64,000 bases of DNA. Source: Naegleria gruberi. Its lineage: Eukaryota. Each line of letters starts with the position of its first letter. The first letter of the stretch is position 1. Under the pieces are notes generated by a model, which saw only the letters and a list, made by a program, of their open reading frames with translations, had not been told where the DNA came from and made no database searches. Positions 34,820 to 47,598 of this stretch are shown in pieces. The position numbers and the translations under genes were made by a program. The stretch lies in the NCBI GenBank assembly GCA_000004985.1, contig GG738850.1; one strand, written 5' to 3'.

Positions 34820-35857
34820 TTATTTATTAGAAAGAATTCGAAGCTCAGAATCTATTTGAACAATATTCAATTGACCAAACACAACTCCAATTCTAACAAC
34901 ACCTCCAACAGCATTTTGTAAAATGATATTGATTTGCTTATTCACATTATCAGCAACCACAAGATTTGAATTGAAACTATTTGGATAAGTGATCGAAGGT
35001 TGTTTCGAATAACAAACACTATACGACTTATAGCTGTCATCCTCATGAGACAAATCCTTCAAAGTAATGGAAACATTAAATCTTCCCACAGATGGAACAT
35101 TATTCCATTCAAGAACTACTTGATTTTCCTCGTTTACAATATTATCAATGACTTTGCTATTCTTTGTGTTTGGAACGAAACTAAACTTTGCTTGGAATCC
35201 CTTAAAAGTTCTGCCAATGAATTTGACAGAATTCTGTTGAACTGTAGTTGGGGCAACATTAAAGTAAATTATGAAAAAGTTTGTGTTTTCGTCTGGTCTT
35301 GTGTAGGGAATAATAATGGTGGCATTGTTTCCCTCAAATGACCATGTGAAATTATTCTTATTTGGTTGACCAGTTGTAAGGGAAGCAAACATTGTCAATG
35401 GAACGTCATATTTGCTTTGTTCTGGAACAAAAGCATATTCCAATTCCATAGGTTTACCAACTGGCAAACCATATACTGGAATAGTGGTATACCAATGAGG
35501 TGTCTTTCTGTCAAGTGTATAAATTTCATTCTCATCATCATTGATATCTGGTTCCCTTGCATCCTTTGGTGTGTCAGCTAACAGACAAACAGTTTGATCA
35601 CTATTAGTTCTAATAGTTGGGCATTTGACACATGCCACCATTCCTTCCTCAGGAGTAACTGTTCCTCTAGGACATGGATAATTATTACCATCTCCTGGAC
35701 AATATTCTGCATAGAAACATTCATGACAAGATGGTCTGTGCAAAATCTCTTGATAATAAGTTCCAGGTGGGCATGTACTAGCATCAATGACAACTGTTAA
35801 AAGTTGGAGGAGGATGAGAAATAAAACGACAACAACAAGGAGGTTTGTTTTATTCAT
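34820..35857 (-). CDS. secreted protein with an N-terminal Cys-rich (TNFR/EGF-like) module (345 aa)
   Basis: ATG at 35857. Signal peptide MNKTNLLVVVVLFLILLQLLTVVIDAS. Cys cluster CPPGTYYQEILHRPSCHECFYAEYCPGDGNNYPCPRGT...CVKCP, followed by a Cys-poor beta-rich domain. Confidence 0.55.
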   Translation of the reverse strand: MNKTNLLVVVVLFLILLQLLTVVIDASTCPPGTYYQEILHRPSCHECFYAEYCPGDGNNYPCPRGTVTPEEGMVACVKCPTIRTNSDQTVCLLADTPKDAREPDINDDENEIYTLDRKTPHWYTTIPVYGLPVGKPMELEYAFVPEQSKYDVPLTMFASLTTGQPNKNNFTWSFEGNNATIIIPYTRPDENTNFFIIYFNVAPTTVQQNSVKFIGRTFKGFQAKFSFVPNTKNSKVIDNIVNEENQVVLEWNNVPSVGRFNVSITLKDLSHEDDSYKSYSVCYSKQPSITYPNSFNSNLVVADNVNKQINIILQNAVGGVVRIGVVFGQLNIVQIDSELRILSNK

Positions 35858-36030
35858 TTTTATTATTCGATTTAGTATGATTGTTGGAAGAATCTTGTAG
35901 AAAGAGTCGTTCCACTACGGAGAAAGATAATGTTACATAGCACAGTGGAATTGCTTTTTTTAAATCAATTGGATCGAATTCATCGAAATTAATTCCTGCT
36001 TTTTCAAAACGCAACAAAATTCAAAAAAAA
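35858..36030. promoter_or_regulatory. 173-bp divergent intergenic (bidirectional promoter) region
   Basis: It lies between ATG 35857 (minus) and ATG 36031 (plus). Both ATGs are preceded by A-runs. Confidence 0.4.
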
Positions 36031-37683
36031 ATGAGCAAACAAAAAAGACAAGATTTTGAAAAGCAGGAATTAATTTCGGAGCAGCTATTGGTGATCAATA
36101 AGATGGAAGAGAAAGCAAAAAAAGGTGTAAAGTTTGAACGAGAAATATTTTCAGATGATGTTTGTTTTGAAATAATTTCCCTGATTGATGATTCGTGGTT
36201 TATTTTAAATAATTGTTCATTAATTTCAAAACAATTCTTTAATGTGATCAAAGAACGTTCAAAACTTGTTATTCAATTTAAAAAGAAATTTACAAAGAAA
36301 AGAATTGAATTATTCATGAAAAGTCAATTTATGAATAGTATTGTTCATCTTAAATTTTCAAGAAGGTTGCTTGAGTCTTTTCAAGTCAAATTCATAACTG
36401 AAATGAAACAATTAAAATCACTTGATATTGGTGAAAATCAAATTGGTGCTGTAGGAGCCAAATTCATAAGTGAAATGAAACAATTAACATCACTTGATAT
36501 TATTTACAATCGAATTGGTGCTGTAGGAGCCAAATTAATAAGTAAAATGAAACAGTTAACATCACTTGATATTGGTGGAAATCAAATTGGAGATGAAGGA
36601 GCCAAATTCATAAGTGAAATGAAACAATTAACATCACTTAGTATTTATAACAATCTAATTGGTGCTGTAGGATTCGAATTCATAAGTGAAATGAAACAAT
36701 TAACATCGCTTGATATATGTTACAATGAAATTGGTGATGAAGGAGTCAAATCAATATGTGAAATGAAACAATTAACATCACTTAGTATTTATAACAATCG
36801 AATTGGTGATGAAGGAGTCAAATTTATAAGTGAAATGAAACAGCTAACATCACTTGATATTAATAACAATCGAATTGGTGTTCAAGGAGCCAAATCAATA
36901 TGTGAAATGAAACAATTAACATCACTTAGTATTTATAACAATCAAACTGGTGCTGTAGGAGCCAAATTTATAAGTGAAATGAAACAATTAACATCACTTG
37001 ATATTAGTGTAAATGAAATTGGTGTTGAAGGAGCCAAATTTATAAGTGAAATGAAACAATTAACATCACTTAATATATGTTACAATCGAATTGGTGCCGA
37101 AGGAGTCAAATTAATAAGTGAAATGAAACAATTAACATCACTTGATATTGGTGGAAATGAAATTGGTGATGAAGGAGCCAAATTCATAAGTGAAATGAAA
37201 CAATTAACATCACTTAATATATGTGAAAATCAAATTGGTGATGAAGGAGCCAAATCAATAAGTGAAATGAAACAATTAACATCACTTGGTGCTTATAACA
37301 ATGAAATTGGTGTTGAAGGCACCAAATTAATAAGTGAAATGAAACAATTAACATCACTTAATATATCTAAGAATCAAATTGGTGATGAAGGAGCCAAATT
37401 AATAAGTGAAATGAAACAGTTAGCATCACTTGATATATATTACAATGAAATTGGTGATGAAGGAGTCAAATTAATAAGCGAAATGAAACAATTAAAATCA
37501 CTTAATATATCTAAGAATCAAATTGGTGATGAAGGAGCCAAATTAATAAGTGAAATGAAACAATTAACATCACTTGATATACATTTCAATGAAATTGGTG
37601 ATGAAGGAGTCAAATTAATAAGTGAAATGAAACAATTAACATCACTTAGTATTTATAACCAAAAGATGAAATCTATCAATTAA
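36031..37683 (+). CDS. F-box / RI-type LRR protein (550 aa), paralog of 19704..21323
   Basis: ATG 36031 after A8. F-box-like REIFSDDVCFEIISLIDDSWFILNNCSLISKQFFNVIKE. About 20 tandem 24-aa LRR units (SEMKQLTSLDIxxNxIGDEGAKxI). Confidence 0.8.
   Translation: MSKQKRQDFEKQELISEQLLVINKMEEKAKKGVKFEREIFSDDVCFEIISLIDDSWFILNNCSLISKQFFNVIKERSKLVIQFKKKFTKKRIELFMKSQFMNSIVHLKFSRRLLESFQVKFITEMKQLKSLDIGENQIGAVGAKFISEMKQLTSLDIIYNRIGAVGAKLISKMKQLTSLDIGGNQIGDEGAKFISEMKQLTSLSIYNNLIGAVGFEFISEMKQLTSLDICYNEIGDEGVKSICEMKQLTSLSIYNNRIGDEGVKFISEMKQLTSLDINNNRIGVQGAKSICEMKQLTSLSIYNNQTGAVGAKFISEMKQLTSLDISVNEIGVEGAKFISEMKQLTSLNICYNRIGAEGVKLISEMKQLTSLDIGGNEIGDEGAKFISEMKQLTSLNICENQIGDEGAKSISEMKQLTSLGAYNNEIGVEGTKLISEMKQLTSLNISKNQIGDEGAKLISEMKQLASLDIYYNEIGDEGVKLISEMKQLKSLNISKNQIGDEGAKLISEMKQLTSLDIHFNEIGDEGVKLISEMKQLTSLSIYNQKMKSIN
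36400..37675 (+). repeat. tandem array of about 18 near-identical 72-bp units (coding LRR repeats)
   Basis: The string aagtgaaatgaaacaattaacatcacttgatat recurs with a strict 72-bp period. Confidence 0.85.
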
Positions 37684-37926
37684 AATCCAAAAAAAGGATT
37701 TGGCATGGATTATAAATAGTGATATTTTGCATACAGAGCTCTACTTCAATGTTGTTGCTGCTAGTATGAAGCGTAGATCAGTTACAGATTTTTATTGTCG
37801 TCAGATTTCATAAATCCACTAAATTTACGATTAAACAAATAATCAGTCAGTTCATATTTGTTCAGATACTACAAAAGTAATTGAATAGTAATTAAGAGGA
37901 TATGAATAAGTAAAATTAAAATCACA

Positions 37927-37997
37927 GGGGGCGAGGGGGAATCGAACCCCCGGCCACAGCTTTGGAGGCTGCGATGTTACCATTACACCACCGCCCC
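37927..37997 (-). tRNA. tRNA-Trp (anticodon CCA)
   Basis: Minus strand GGGGCGGTGGTGTAATGGTAACATCGCAGCCTCCAAAGCTGTGGCCGGGGGTTCGATTCCCCCTCGCCCCC. Anticodon stem GCAGC/GCTGT with loop CTCCAAA. T-arm GGGGG-TTCGATT-CCCCC. 3' T-run. Confidence 0.85.
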
Positions 37998-38331
37998 TGT
38001 TTCATCATGATTAAGAAGATCAGGAGTCATAAACCTACACGATATGGTTGTATCAATGATTCTTAGTGTTTCCATACCTCAATGGTTGGCCATCCTTTTC
38101 TAATTCCGAAGTTCGCTCCACAAGAACACTCGCCACATGTCACGGTATTATCATTTGACAAGTGTACATACCCAATTGTAACTGTATTTCCTTTTGTTCA
38201 GTTCGTGTGCTGTTACAGAGTCGGTTTGATTTAAACCATTCAGTTTCCAATAAAGTATCCTACTGATTTGTATCCGGCAAATAATATTATTAAAAAAACA
38301 AACTCTAATAACACACATTGTATTATTAAAG

Positions 38332-41300
38332 ATGCCAGAGGTTGTCACTATTGGTAGCACTACTGCTGCCAAACAGACAATGGGCTTCAATGTTTCATTG
38401 TTGGTAAGTTATGGCAACTGACATGTAATCCTTAATATTAAATTCTCTAATTCACTTCTTGATGTTTGCCTATTTGCATGCTCATTAGAAAGGAGGTACT
38501 ATTACTCAAACAATTGTAAGTTTCGAATAACAATTAAACTAAACATATCCTAAGGTTGGCGCAATCATCTCTGGTATGGTTATTGCTTCCACAGTTGCCA
38601 CCATCTTGATGGTTTCCTTGATTTCCTACCAAAATCCAATTGCTGTAGATGACACAGCATCCACCTACAAGAACGTTGCTCTTTCCATTAATGTTTTATC
38701 TAACGATTATGATCCAAAGGGAAATAACATTTCATTGGTTCAAGTTCTCGTGTCTCCAAGTTATGGTTCTGCTTCAATTTCCTCTAATAGTCTCATTGTC
38801 TACAAATCAAATGGTACTTATGCAGGAAATGACACTTTCAGTTATCAAATTACAAATGGTTACTTGACAGCTAATGCAACAGTTGTTGTGAGTGTGGTCA
38901 ATCGTCCTCCAGAAGCTATTCCAATTGCTGTAACTGTCAGTAAGAATGTACAAAACACGCTCATTAACATCTTCAGTTATGTTGGTGATAATGATGAGCA
39001 AATTAGTGATCCAGACAGTGTCGATATTCTCTCTGCTGTTTCTTACTCGAATCAAACTATTGTTAGTGGCACAGAAGGTGGTTACGGAACAATCAAGATT
39101 GATTCATATAATGGTTATTATTATAGTCCAGCAAGTGGTTTTAATGGCGTTGAGCAGTTTGTCTACACCATTTCTGATGGTTATGATACATCTAGTTCCA
39201 CTATTACTGTAACTGTGGCCAATGACGCTCCAACTGCTGTTGATGATTCTTACAAGATTCCAAAGTATGCATCATTGGTTTTGGATGTTTTGGCCAATGA
39301 CTATGATGTCAATGGTGACGATTTCAATATTACAAGTGCTTTGGGTACTGGCTATGGTGCTGTTAGTGTTTCTGAGAAGTCCATTACCTACATTACTGCT
39401 GGTTCTGTATCTACCAAATACACCGATTCATTCGAATATACAATTTCAGATGGAGTTGCCACTTCATCTGCCATTGTAATCATCTCAGTTTACAATCAAG
39501 TTCCTGTTGTCTATTCCAAGACTGTTACTGTTGCCAAGTCATCCACTAATAATTCAATTTCAATTGATTATTATGATGCTGATAGAAGAGATTTAGTCAC
39601 TGTTAGTACTATTTCTCCATCATTGTCCTCTATTTCACCAATTGCTTACTTGCAATTGACCACCAGTTACAATCAATTATTCTTTGATTGTTGTGAATGG
39701 CTCACTGTTGAAACTAACAACTATACCATTCTTTTCACTCCAACTACTGATACTGTTTACACTCAAACTTTCACAGTTGTCTTGTCAGATGGCGAAGGTA
39801 CTGGAACTGGCACAATCACCATCCAAGTGGTCAATACTCCACCTGTTGCTGTTGATGATTCTGCTCAATGTAATAAGAATCAACAAGTTTATGTCAATCT
39901 CGTTGCCAATGATTATGATGAAAACAGTGGAGACACTGCCAAGATCAAGTTGACTTCAACCGGTTGGAATTCAACTACACTCTATGGAGGTTCTTTAACT
40001 ATTTTCAATTCTACACATGCTCTCTATGTTGCTCCAAGTGGTTTCTTAGGAACTGACTCTGCCACCTATGTAATTACTGATCAAAGTGTTGATTCTAGTG
40101 GTAATGCTGATTCCACTTCATTCTCTTCTGGTAAACTCTATGTTACTGTTATTAATAATGCTCCAACTCCTGTTGATGATTCATTCACCATCTCAAAGGG
40201 TGTTACCTCTACTTTGAGTGTATTAGATAATGATACTGATCCAAACGATGGTTCTGGTTCAATTTACATTATCAATTCTGTTACTGCCTCTTCTGTTAAG
40301 AATATTCAAGCTTCTATTGTTGCAACAAGTGGTGCAAGAGATACATTGTCTTATGTTGCTTCCAATGCTGAATATACTGATTATTTGACATATGATGTCA
40401 AAGATCAAGATGGTATGAAATCTACTTACAAGGCCACTGTTACATTGTATGTTATCAATGATGCACCTGTTGCTGTTGATGATGCCTACTCCACTTTGTG
40501 GAATAGATCAGTGGACTGCTCTGTTAAAAGCAATGATTCTGATAAGAATGGTGATCTGGATGATTCTACCATTAGTATCACCACTTCTCCATCTCATGGT
40601 ACAGTAACCATTTTGAATAGTGTTGTAAGATATACTCCAACCAATGGCTACGTTGGTACTGATACCTTTGCTTACAAATTGAACGATGGTAGCTCATTGA
40701 ATGCTGACTCCAACATTGCAACTGTAACCATCACAGTTTACAATAATGCTCCAGTTACCGCTGATGATTATATCACTACTCACTGGAGAAACCCAAGTGG
40801 TGTATTGGTAACTCCATTGTCCAATGATAGTGATCCAGATGGTGATGATTTGATTGTTGAATCTACAACTGCTTCTTCCTCTGTTGGTACTGTCACTGTA
40901 GCTGATACCACAACCATCAAATTTGTCCCAACCACTACTTCAGCCACCACAGGAACCAAATCATTCACATACTATGCCTATGATTACAATAAGAAAACTC
41001 TAGGCACTGTCTATGTAAACATCACCAATACCAAGCCAACTGCCAATGGTGAATCTTATACTCTCCATTGGGCTGCTTCAGCTACTTCTTTCTCAGTTAT
41101 GGATAATGATGTTGATGCTGATAGTGATACTATCTCTTTATACTCTGTTAGTGGTAGTACTGCTGCTGCTATCAGTGGATCTTATATCAAGTATACTCCA
41201 AAGAAGGATGGTGTCACTGATTCATTCCAATACGTGATTACTGATACTGTTACTCCATCAAATGCTGCTACTGTTACAGTCAGTTTTACAAACAGCGATA

Positions 41301-44300
41301 CTCCAAGTGCTTCTAATGTTGCTACTTCAATCCATTGGAGAACTTTGGCTTCTCAATCTAATTATCAAGATTTCACTGTCATGAGTTCGACAACTGACGC
41401 TGATGGTGATTCTCTCACTTTGTCTGTTACTACAACTGCCTCTGGTTTGTCTGGATCTTCTTGTTCCAAGACCAGTGATTCTGTTCCAAAGGTGAGAACT
41501 ACTGCTCCAACCAAGACTGTTGGTACAGTTGCTTGTTCTTATTCAGTTTCTGATGGTTTGGCTTCTAGTGGAACCAAGACTGCAACATTGACCATTACAA
41601 ACAATGCTCCAACTTGTTCAAACATGACTGTTTCATTCAATCCAACCTATGTTTCAACTGGTCAAAACTATTCCATTTCCTCCTATGTCACAGATGCCGA
41701 TTCCAATGATATTCCATATTTGGTGCCAGGAAGTGCAACCATCGTTGGCTCTTCCTATTCTGGTGATTCATTCACTATAGTTGGAAGTTATTTGAACTTT
41801 AAACCAAACAGCAATCTTGGTACTCGTACCTATGCCTACACAGTCACCGATGGTTTGGCCACATCTTCTAAATGTTACATTTCCATAATTGTCAGCTCTC
41901 TTAGTAGCACTAATTATTACCAAAGTTATGATGTCCATTGGAATGCTTCTAATTATGAAGTTCCAATCTTGACAAACTTGCCAACTTCAACTATTAAGGC
42001 AATTGCTTCTCAATCTTACTCAACTGTCACTTTGTCAGGTGGAAAGATTTACTTTACACCATTGAGACAAATCTATGTTGATACCTTCACTGTAACTGTC
42101 ACTGATACTGGTGTTGATAGTCCAGTTTCTGTTACCATTACCACTTACAATAATGTGCCAACTGCCAGTCTCTCCACTCAAACTATTACTTGGGGAAGTT
42201 CAAAGACACTCGACTTGTTGACTAATTATGCTGATGATGACTATACTGCTGGTAGAGAAAGCAAGGGAACTGTCAAGAGCATTGATACTTCATCTACTTT
42301 AGGTAGTGTCTCTTCAGTTTCTGGAAGTTCAGTAACTTACACTTCTCCATCTAAATATGTTGGTTCTGATACCTTTAAGGTAACTGCAACTGATGGTTTG
42401 GCAACAGTTACTTTCACAGTAACATTCACCATGACCAATACTGCCCCAGTTACCAATACCAAGTACTTTAATGTTCACTGGGCTACTCACAAGACTGGTT
42501 ATCAAATGGATTTGAGTACTGGTGTAACTGATGCAGAAGGAAATACTTTGACTTACTCAGTTACTTCATCAAGTATTTCTCCAACAACTGCTGGTTCAGT
42601 TGCATTGTCTACTTCTCCATATGCTGTTGCTACTGCTTCCAGTACTGTCTATTTGGGTGCTTTCACATTCACTTATGGAGCTAGTGACTCAATTGTGTCA
42701 ACTCCAGGTACTGTTTCTGTTACTGTTTATAATAACATGTCAACTCCAGTAGCAAGTACAGGAAGTTGCCATTGGAAGCAAACTGGTGTTACTCTCAGTC
42801 CATTCTCTACTTTTGCTCCAACCTTAAAGGATGGTGATGGTGATAGCTTGTCGCTTGTTAGTGCATCAGCTCAAAAGGGGTCAGTTTCAGTTGCTACTTC
42901 AACAATTACTTATAACGCTCCTGGAACTTACGTTGGTACCGATGTTGTTACATACAAATTCACAGATGGTGCTCAATCACTTCAAAGTACTGACACAGTT
43001 GTCAATGTCAATGTTTACAACACTGCTCCAGTATGTGTTGACAAGACTGCCACAACTCTTTGGACTACAGCTGTAACAGTTGACTTGTCCAGTGGTGCTT
43101 GTACTGATGCTGATACCTTGGATACTGCTTACTTTAATGGAGCTACTTCAAGTGTTGTTGGTGGAAGCGTTTCAGTTTCTTCCAAGAAAGTTACCTATAC
43201 TCCATCTTCAACTTCTTTGACATTTAGTGGATCAAGTGGTTATTACACTGCTACTGGTTCATTCCAATTCCAATGTACTGATGGTATGTCAACTGCTGCC
43301 AGTGCTGGTAAGGCTACTATCACTGTATATAACAATGCTCCAACTGGTACTGGTAATACTGTATCAGTCAACCGTGATTACACTACCTCCACTTATGATT
43401 TCACATGGGCTACCATTGCTACTGCTACTGATGCTGATGGAGATTCCATTTCTTATACTAACTTTGCCTCATCTGACTCTACCATCACAGTTTCTAATAT
43501 TGGTACAGGAATCAGATTGACCACAAGTAACAAACTTGTTTCTGGAACCAAGTATATTACATTCAAACTCTATGATGGTCTCCATTACAGTACTTCAACC
43601 TTAACATTCACTGTAACTTTTGTCAATACAGCTCCAGCTTGTGTTGCTTCTTCAGTTGCATTGAATAAGAAGGGGACTGTTGATTTGTCAACCTTGTACA
43701 GTGCTACTGATGCCAACAGTGATCCAGTCACATATTCAGTTGTTTCTAGCTCAGTTTCAAGTACCTATGGTTCATTGTCTGGTACTACTTTCACTGCTTC
43801 TTCCACAACTAGTGGAAGTACAACTATTAGTTACACTGCCACAGATTCTCAAGCCACAACTACTTGTTCCATCTCGGTTGTGATTAGTAACCAAATTCCA
43901 GTTGCTGATGATATCACTTATCAAATTGTTCCAGTTTCAACCAATTATGTCCACAAATTCACATACACTGCAACAGATGGCGACTCTTCAGATACATTGA
44001 CCTATTCTCAATCAAGCACAACTTGTTCATCATCTTTGGTTACTGCTTTGAATATCACCACTGCTGGTCTTATTACCTTTGTTAGAAAGTCAACTGCAGT
44101 TAGTGGAACTTGTACAATGACTCTTTTGGTTGTTGATAACAACTCTCCAACTGCTGGACAAGATACTGCTGTTGTGACATTTGTCATTTCTTCATCGTCT
44201 CCCGCTGCCAATGATGACAGATTCTCAATTAACCAAGGTCAAACTATCAGAATTTACAATTGGCAAATCCTCCAAAACGATTATGATGAATTTGGCTCGA

Positions 44301-45468
44301 ATACCACTTTGACCTTGACATCTATTTCATGCCCAAGCTCCTCCTATTGTCACGAAACTCCTAGACAAGTTACAGTCAATGGATTAGATGCTATTGAACT
44401 CGATTCGGATACTTCCACTTGTCAAGCTGACTCATTCCAATACACCATGAAAACTTCTTTGGGAACCACCAAAACTGCTACTGTTTACGTTGAATTCAAG
44501 AATTGCTACTGTTCTGCCAAGATTGACTTCCTTTTCTTGCTTGATTCTTCTGGTTCAATTGGTTCCACCAACTTTAACAAGATGAGAAGTTTGGCAAAGA
44601 GTATTACAGGTAGAATGTCTATTTCTTCTTCTGCAATTATGGTTGCCATTGCTAAATTCCACTCAAATGGTACCTTGGCTTTGGCACTGTCTTCCGATGG
44701 TACTACCATTAATAATACCTTGACTAATATGGCCTATGAAGGTTAGTATTATTTTCTTTAAGGATTTCTAATTTGGTATCTAATATTATTGAACAGCTGG
44801 TAACACTGCAACTATTCCAGGTTTGAGAGTTGCTGTCGATGCTTTGAGACCTGCCAATGGTGGTAGAGCAGATGCTGATAAGGTTATTTTCAGTAAGTTT
44901 CTTAATTTCAGATAATCTAATTATATTCTAAATAGTTTTGACTGATGGTTTAGCAAACGTTCCTTGTTCATGTAGTTCTTGTGTTAGTGAATACCAGGCA
45001 AAACCTAGTGTCTTCTCAAACTCTATTCAAACTAACATTTTAGGAAAGTATACAGGTTCTGCACTTACAACCCAATTACAAAATCTTTGCAAATATCAAT
45101 ACACAGATTCGACCGTATTGAGTGGAACTACATGCAGCTACTGCTCCACTAGTAAGACAGCTTACTGTTTGCCATGTTCTGATGCAGTGCCAATTGCTGA
45201 AAAGATTAATACATGGCAACGTAATTCTACTGGAATAGTTCCATATGATTTGGATAATCCTTACAATGGAAATAATAATGTCCAATGGAAGATTGTTGCT
45301 ATGGCCGTAGGTGATGCCATGTCCAATACTTATGGTGCTAGACAAATTGAAGGAATGAACTATGATCCAAGTAGAGCTATGACTGTTTCTTGGACTGATT
45401 TGGATTCAACAATGAGCGAAATCGTTGATCAATCTTGTAATCAAGTTTCCACAAGTGACGCTAGTTAA
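38332..45468 (+). CDS. giant membrane-anchored protein of about 20 cadherin/VCBS-like roughly 100-aa repeats plus a C-terminal von Willebrand A domain (about 2290 aa); exons 38332..38403, 38489..38515, 38555..44741, 44797..44892, 44936..45468
   Basis: ATG 38332 (MPEVVTIGSTTAAKQTMGFNVSLL). Two short 5' introns (85 nt and 39 nt, GTAAGT..AG) lead into the hydrophobic anchor VGAIISGMVIASTVATILMVSLI. Repeats of type TVTVxNNAPxAVDDSY...NDxDxDGD...YTP..GYVGTDTFxYxxxDG recur about every 300 bp. The vWA domain (DFLFLLDSSGSIGSTNF...) is split by 55-nt and 43-nt introns: ..AYEG / AGNTATIPGLRVAVDALRPANGGRADADKVIF / (I)LTDGLANV..., restoring the canonical vWA LTDG motif. Confidence 0.7.
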
Positions 45469-45754
45469 GAACATGGTTAAATAGATATCAACAATGTAAT
45501 AATAATGTAATAATATAATATTAAATAAAAAGTGTAAAATTGTGAGCCTTTTAAAACTCTTCCGAAGTCAAGTATGCAACATTTGATATTAAATGATTTG
45601 TTTTTGTTCATCAAAAAGGTTCTTCCCGCCTTCATGAACGTTTCTTTTCATTTTTTAAAAAAATTATTTTGAAATATCGGAATAAATTAGAGATTCTTGT
45701 CTGTTGGCTTAGTGAATAATCCCTTAAAAAGAAAGCAAAATAGAATACATTCAA

Positions 45755-47598
45755 TTACCTTTTTTTACAAATTAAATCAATGCTTTGGTAAAATTGACTA
45801 AGCAGTTCTCTATCTTGCACATGATATTGTCTGATTGTATCTACTTTTGCTCCAATTTTGTTTTGCATGAGCGTAGTTGCAAATTGTTCTGGATTCTCTT
45901 TGGCAATTTCGATAGCAATTTTAACAGGTATTAGAGATGATTGACTGTATCCATTTGCAACAACTTCCAACAAGGTACCAAAAACATTATCCTTTGGAAG
46001 AGCCAACAAGTTCTTGTGAAGTGAGATTACATGTGGAGGTAAAGTCTTGGAGAAGAGTTTGGAGAATAAGGGCGCATAAGTTGCTACTAAAACAAGGTTT
46101 GGTGAAGATGCAAGACATTGGTATTCTTCCTCGCTCAACTCTTCAATAAATAATGGATAGAATGTCTCCAACACTGAAGAATAATCGCAGGGCTTCCATA
46201 TTGCGTCTCTGTGTGCCACAGCAACTCTTTGGAAAAGGTAGATTAGAGGATTGTAAGTATTGCGAACCATTTGGAAAATCACAGAGTGGCATAAAGTGCA
46301 TTCTCATCTTTTTCAAACATTGAACTATTACTGAACTTTTCTTTTTAAAATCCGTGATTGATAAGCTGGTATCAATAAATGTATGGAATGGAGAAAAATT
46401 CAAATAGTCTTTGCTTAATTGTGAAAGTTTGTTTTTTTGAATTCCCATAATAAGATCCAAAACATCTCCTCTAATATTCTGTATTGCACTGATGAAAATA
46501 GGTCATTAGTATTGCAACAAATTTCAGCAGAATTTTTTCCATTCTTATTTAACATCTGCTTCAAAATAGTTGAGGATTCAATAGATTGAAGCACCTTTAC
46601 AGAGCCAACAGGAATACTCTCATCCAAGTAAACAATTTTGATAATTTGATCTGAATCAAATCCACATTCCTTAATGTATTCAAATTCGGTAGATATATTA
46701 GAGTAATATTTTCTGTCAGATTTCAATACTGGGTATTTGGCGATTTGCTTTTGAATAAATCTTAAGAATTGTTTCCATTCCAAATATGTTGGTGCATCCC
46801 ATATGGGATTTGGTTTTTTCGAACGTTTTCCATGTACCCAACTTGGAAATGCAAAACTTGGTTGTGTTAGAAAAATTTGGTAGAACCAAATTGGTTCATG
46901 TCTCAATCTCAATACTGCTGAATAAACAGGCTCAGTAAGAACGTACTGACTTGCTGGAAGTATTTGAATCATATCAAGAGAAATTCTTGAGTTGGAGAGT
47001 ACTATATCAGGATTTCTAATACATTGATAGAGACTTTCCCACATCAATTTTACAATCAATAAATCATAACAATCATCAATGAGAAACGAATAAAACACCT
47101 TCTTTGAAACTCTAATAAGATTGTAAAATTGAGAAACCAGTTCATCAATAACCAATTGTCTCACAAACAAGCTTTCAGAACCAATAAATTCTTGTCCATT
47201 ATGATTAGTTCCATACATGAGATATCCAGAACAATATTCTTCCATCCACTCAATAACCCTTTCATTTGAAAATATACTATGCAACACTTGACTCAGAACT
47301 AATGTTGACTTTTTGCGATCATTGAAATCAATATTCGAACCACAGGTAATCTTTTCAAAATGTGAATAAAAAGGTAATCCAGCACTTGTAGCAACACTTC
47401 AAAGGATAATTCATGAAAACGAGTCTTGATCCGTTCCTTCTTGGTCAATGGAAGATGATGAGATTTTGAATGATTTTTCTTTCGTGATTGTTTTTGTTTT
47501 TCATCATAATCGGAATTATTTTCATCATAGGATTCATCATCTGTGAAATCGCCCTCTAAATATTCTAGTAAAGCAGAAGCTGAAACACCTTTAAACAT
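45755..47598 (-). CDS. multi-exon F-box-like protein of unknown function; exon structure unresolved
   Basis: ATG at 47598 after an A-run (MFKGVSASALLEYLEGDF...). F-box-like LSFEVLLQVLDYLFIHIL. Three further long minus-strand ORF segments (46415..47287, 46143..46460, 45755..46282) sit in shifted frames, which implies introns. I could not place canonical junctions. Confidence 0.35.

Noticed and set aside
38649-44211. Numerous 60-100-aa ORFs in other frames and on the opposite strand inside the giant repeat-protein exon (for example 38649..38867 and 44008..44211). Similar ORFs lie inside the GBF1, aminopeptidase and G8 genes.
   Set aside because: They are embedded in much longer, homology-supported ORFs and are typical alternative-frame artefacts of AT-rich coding DNA.
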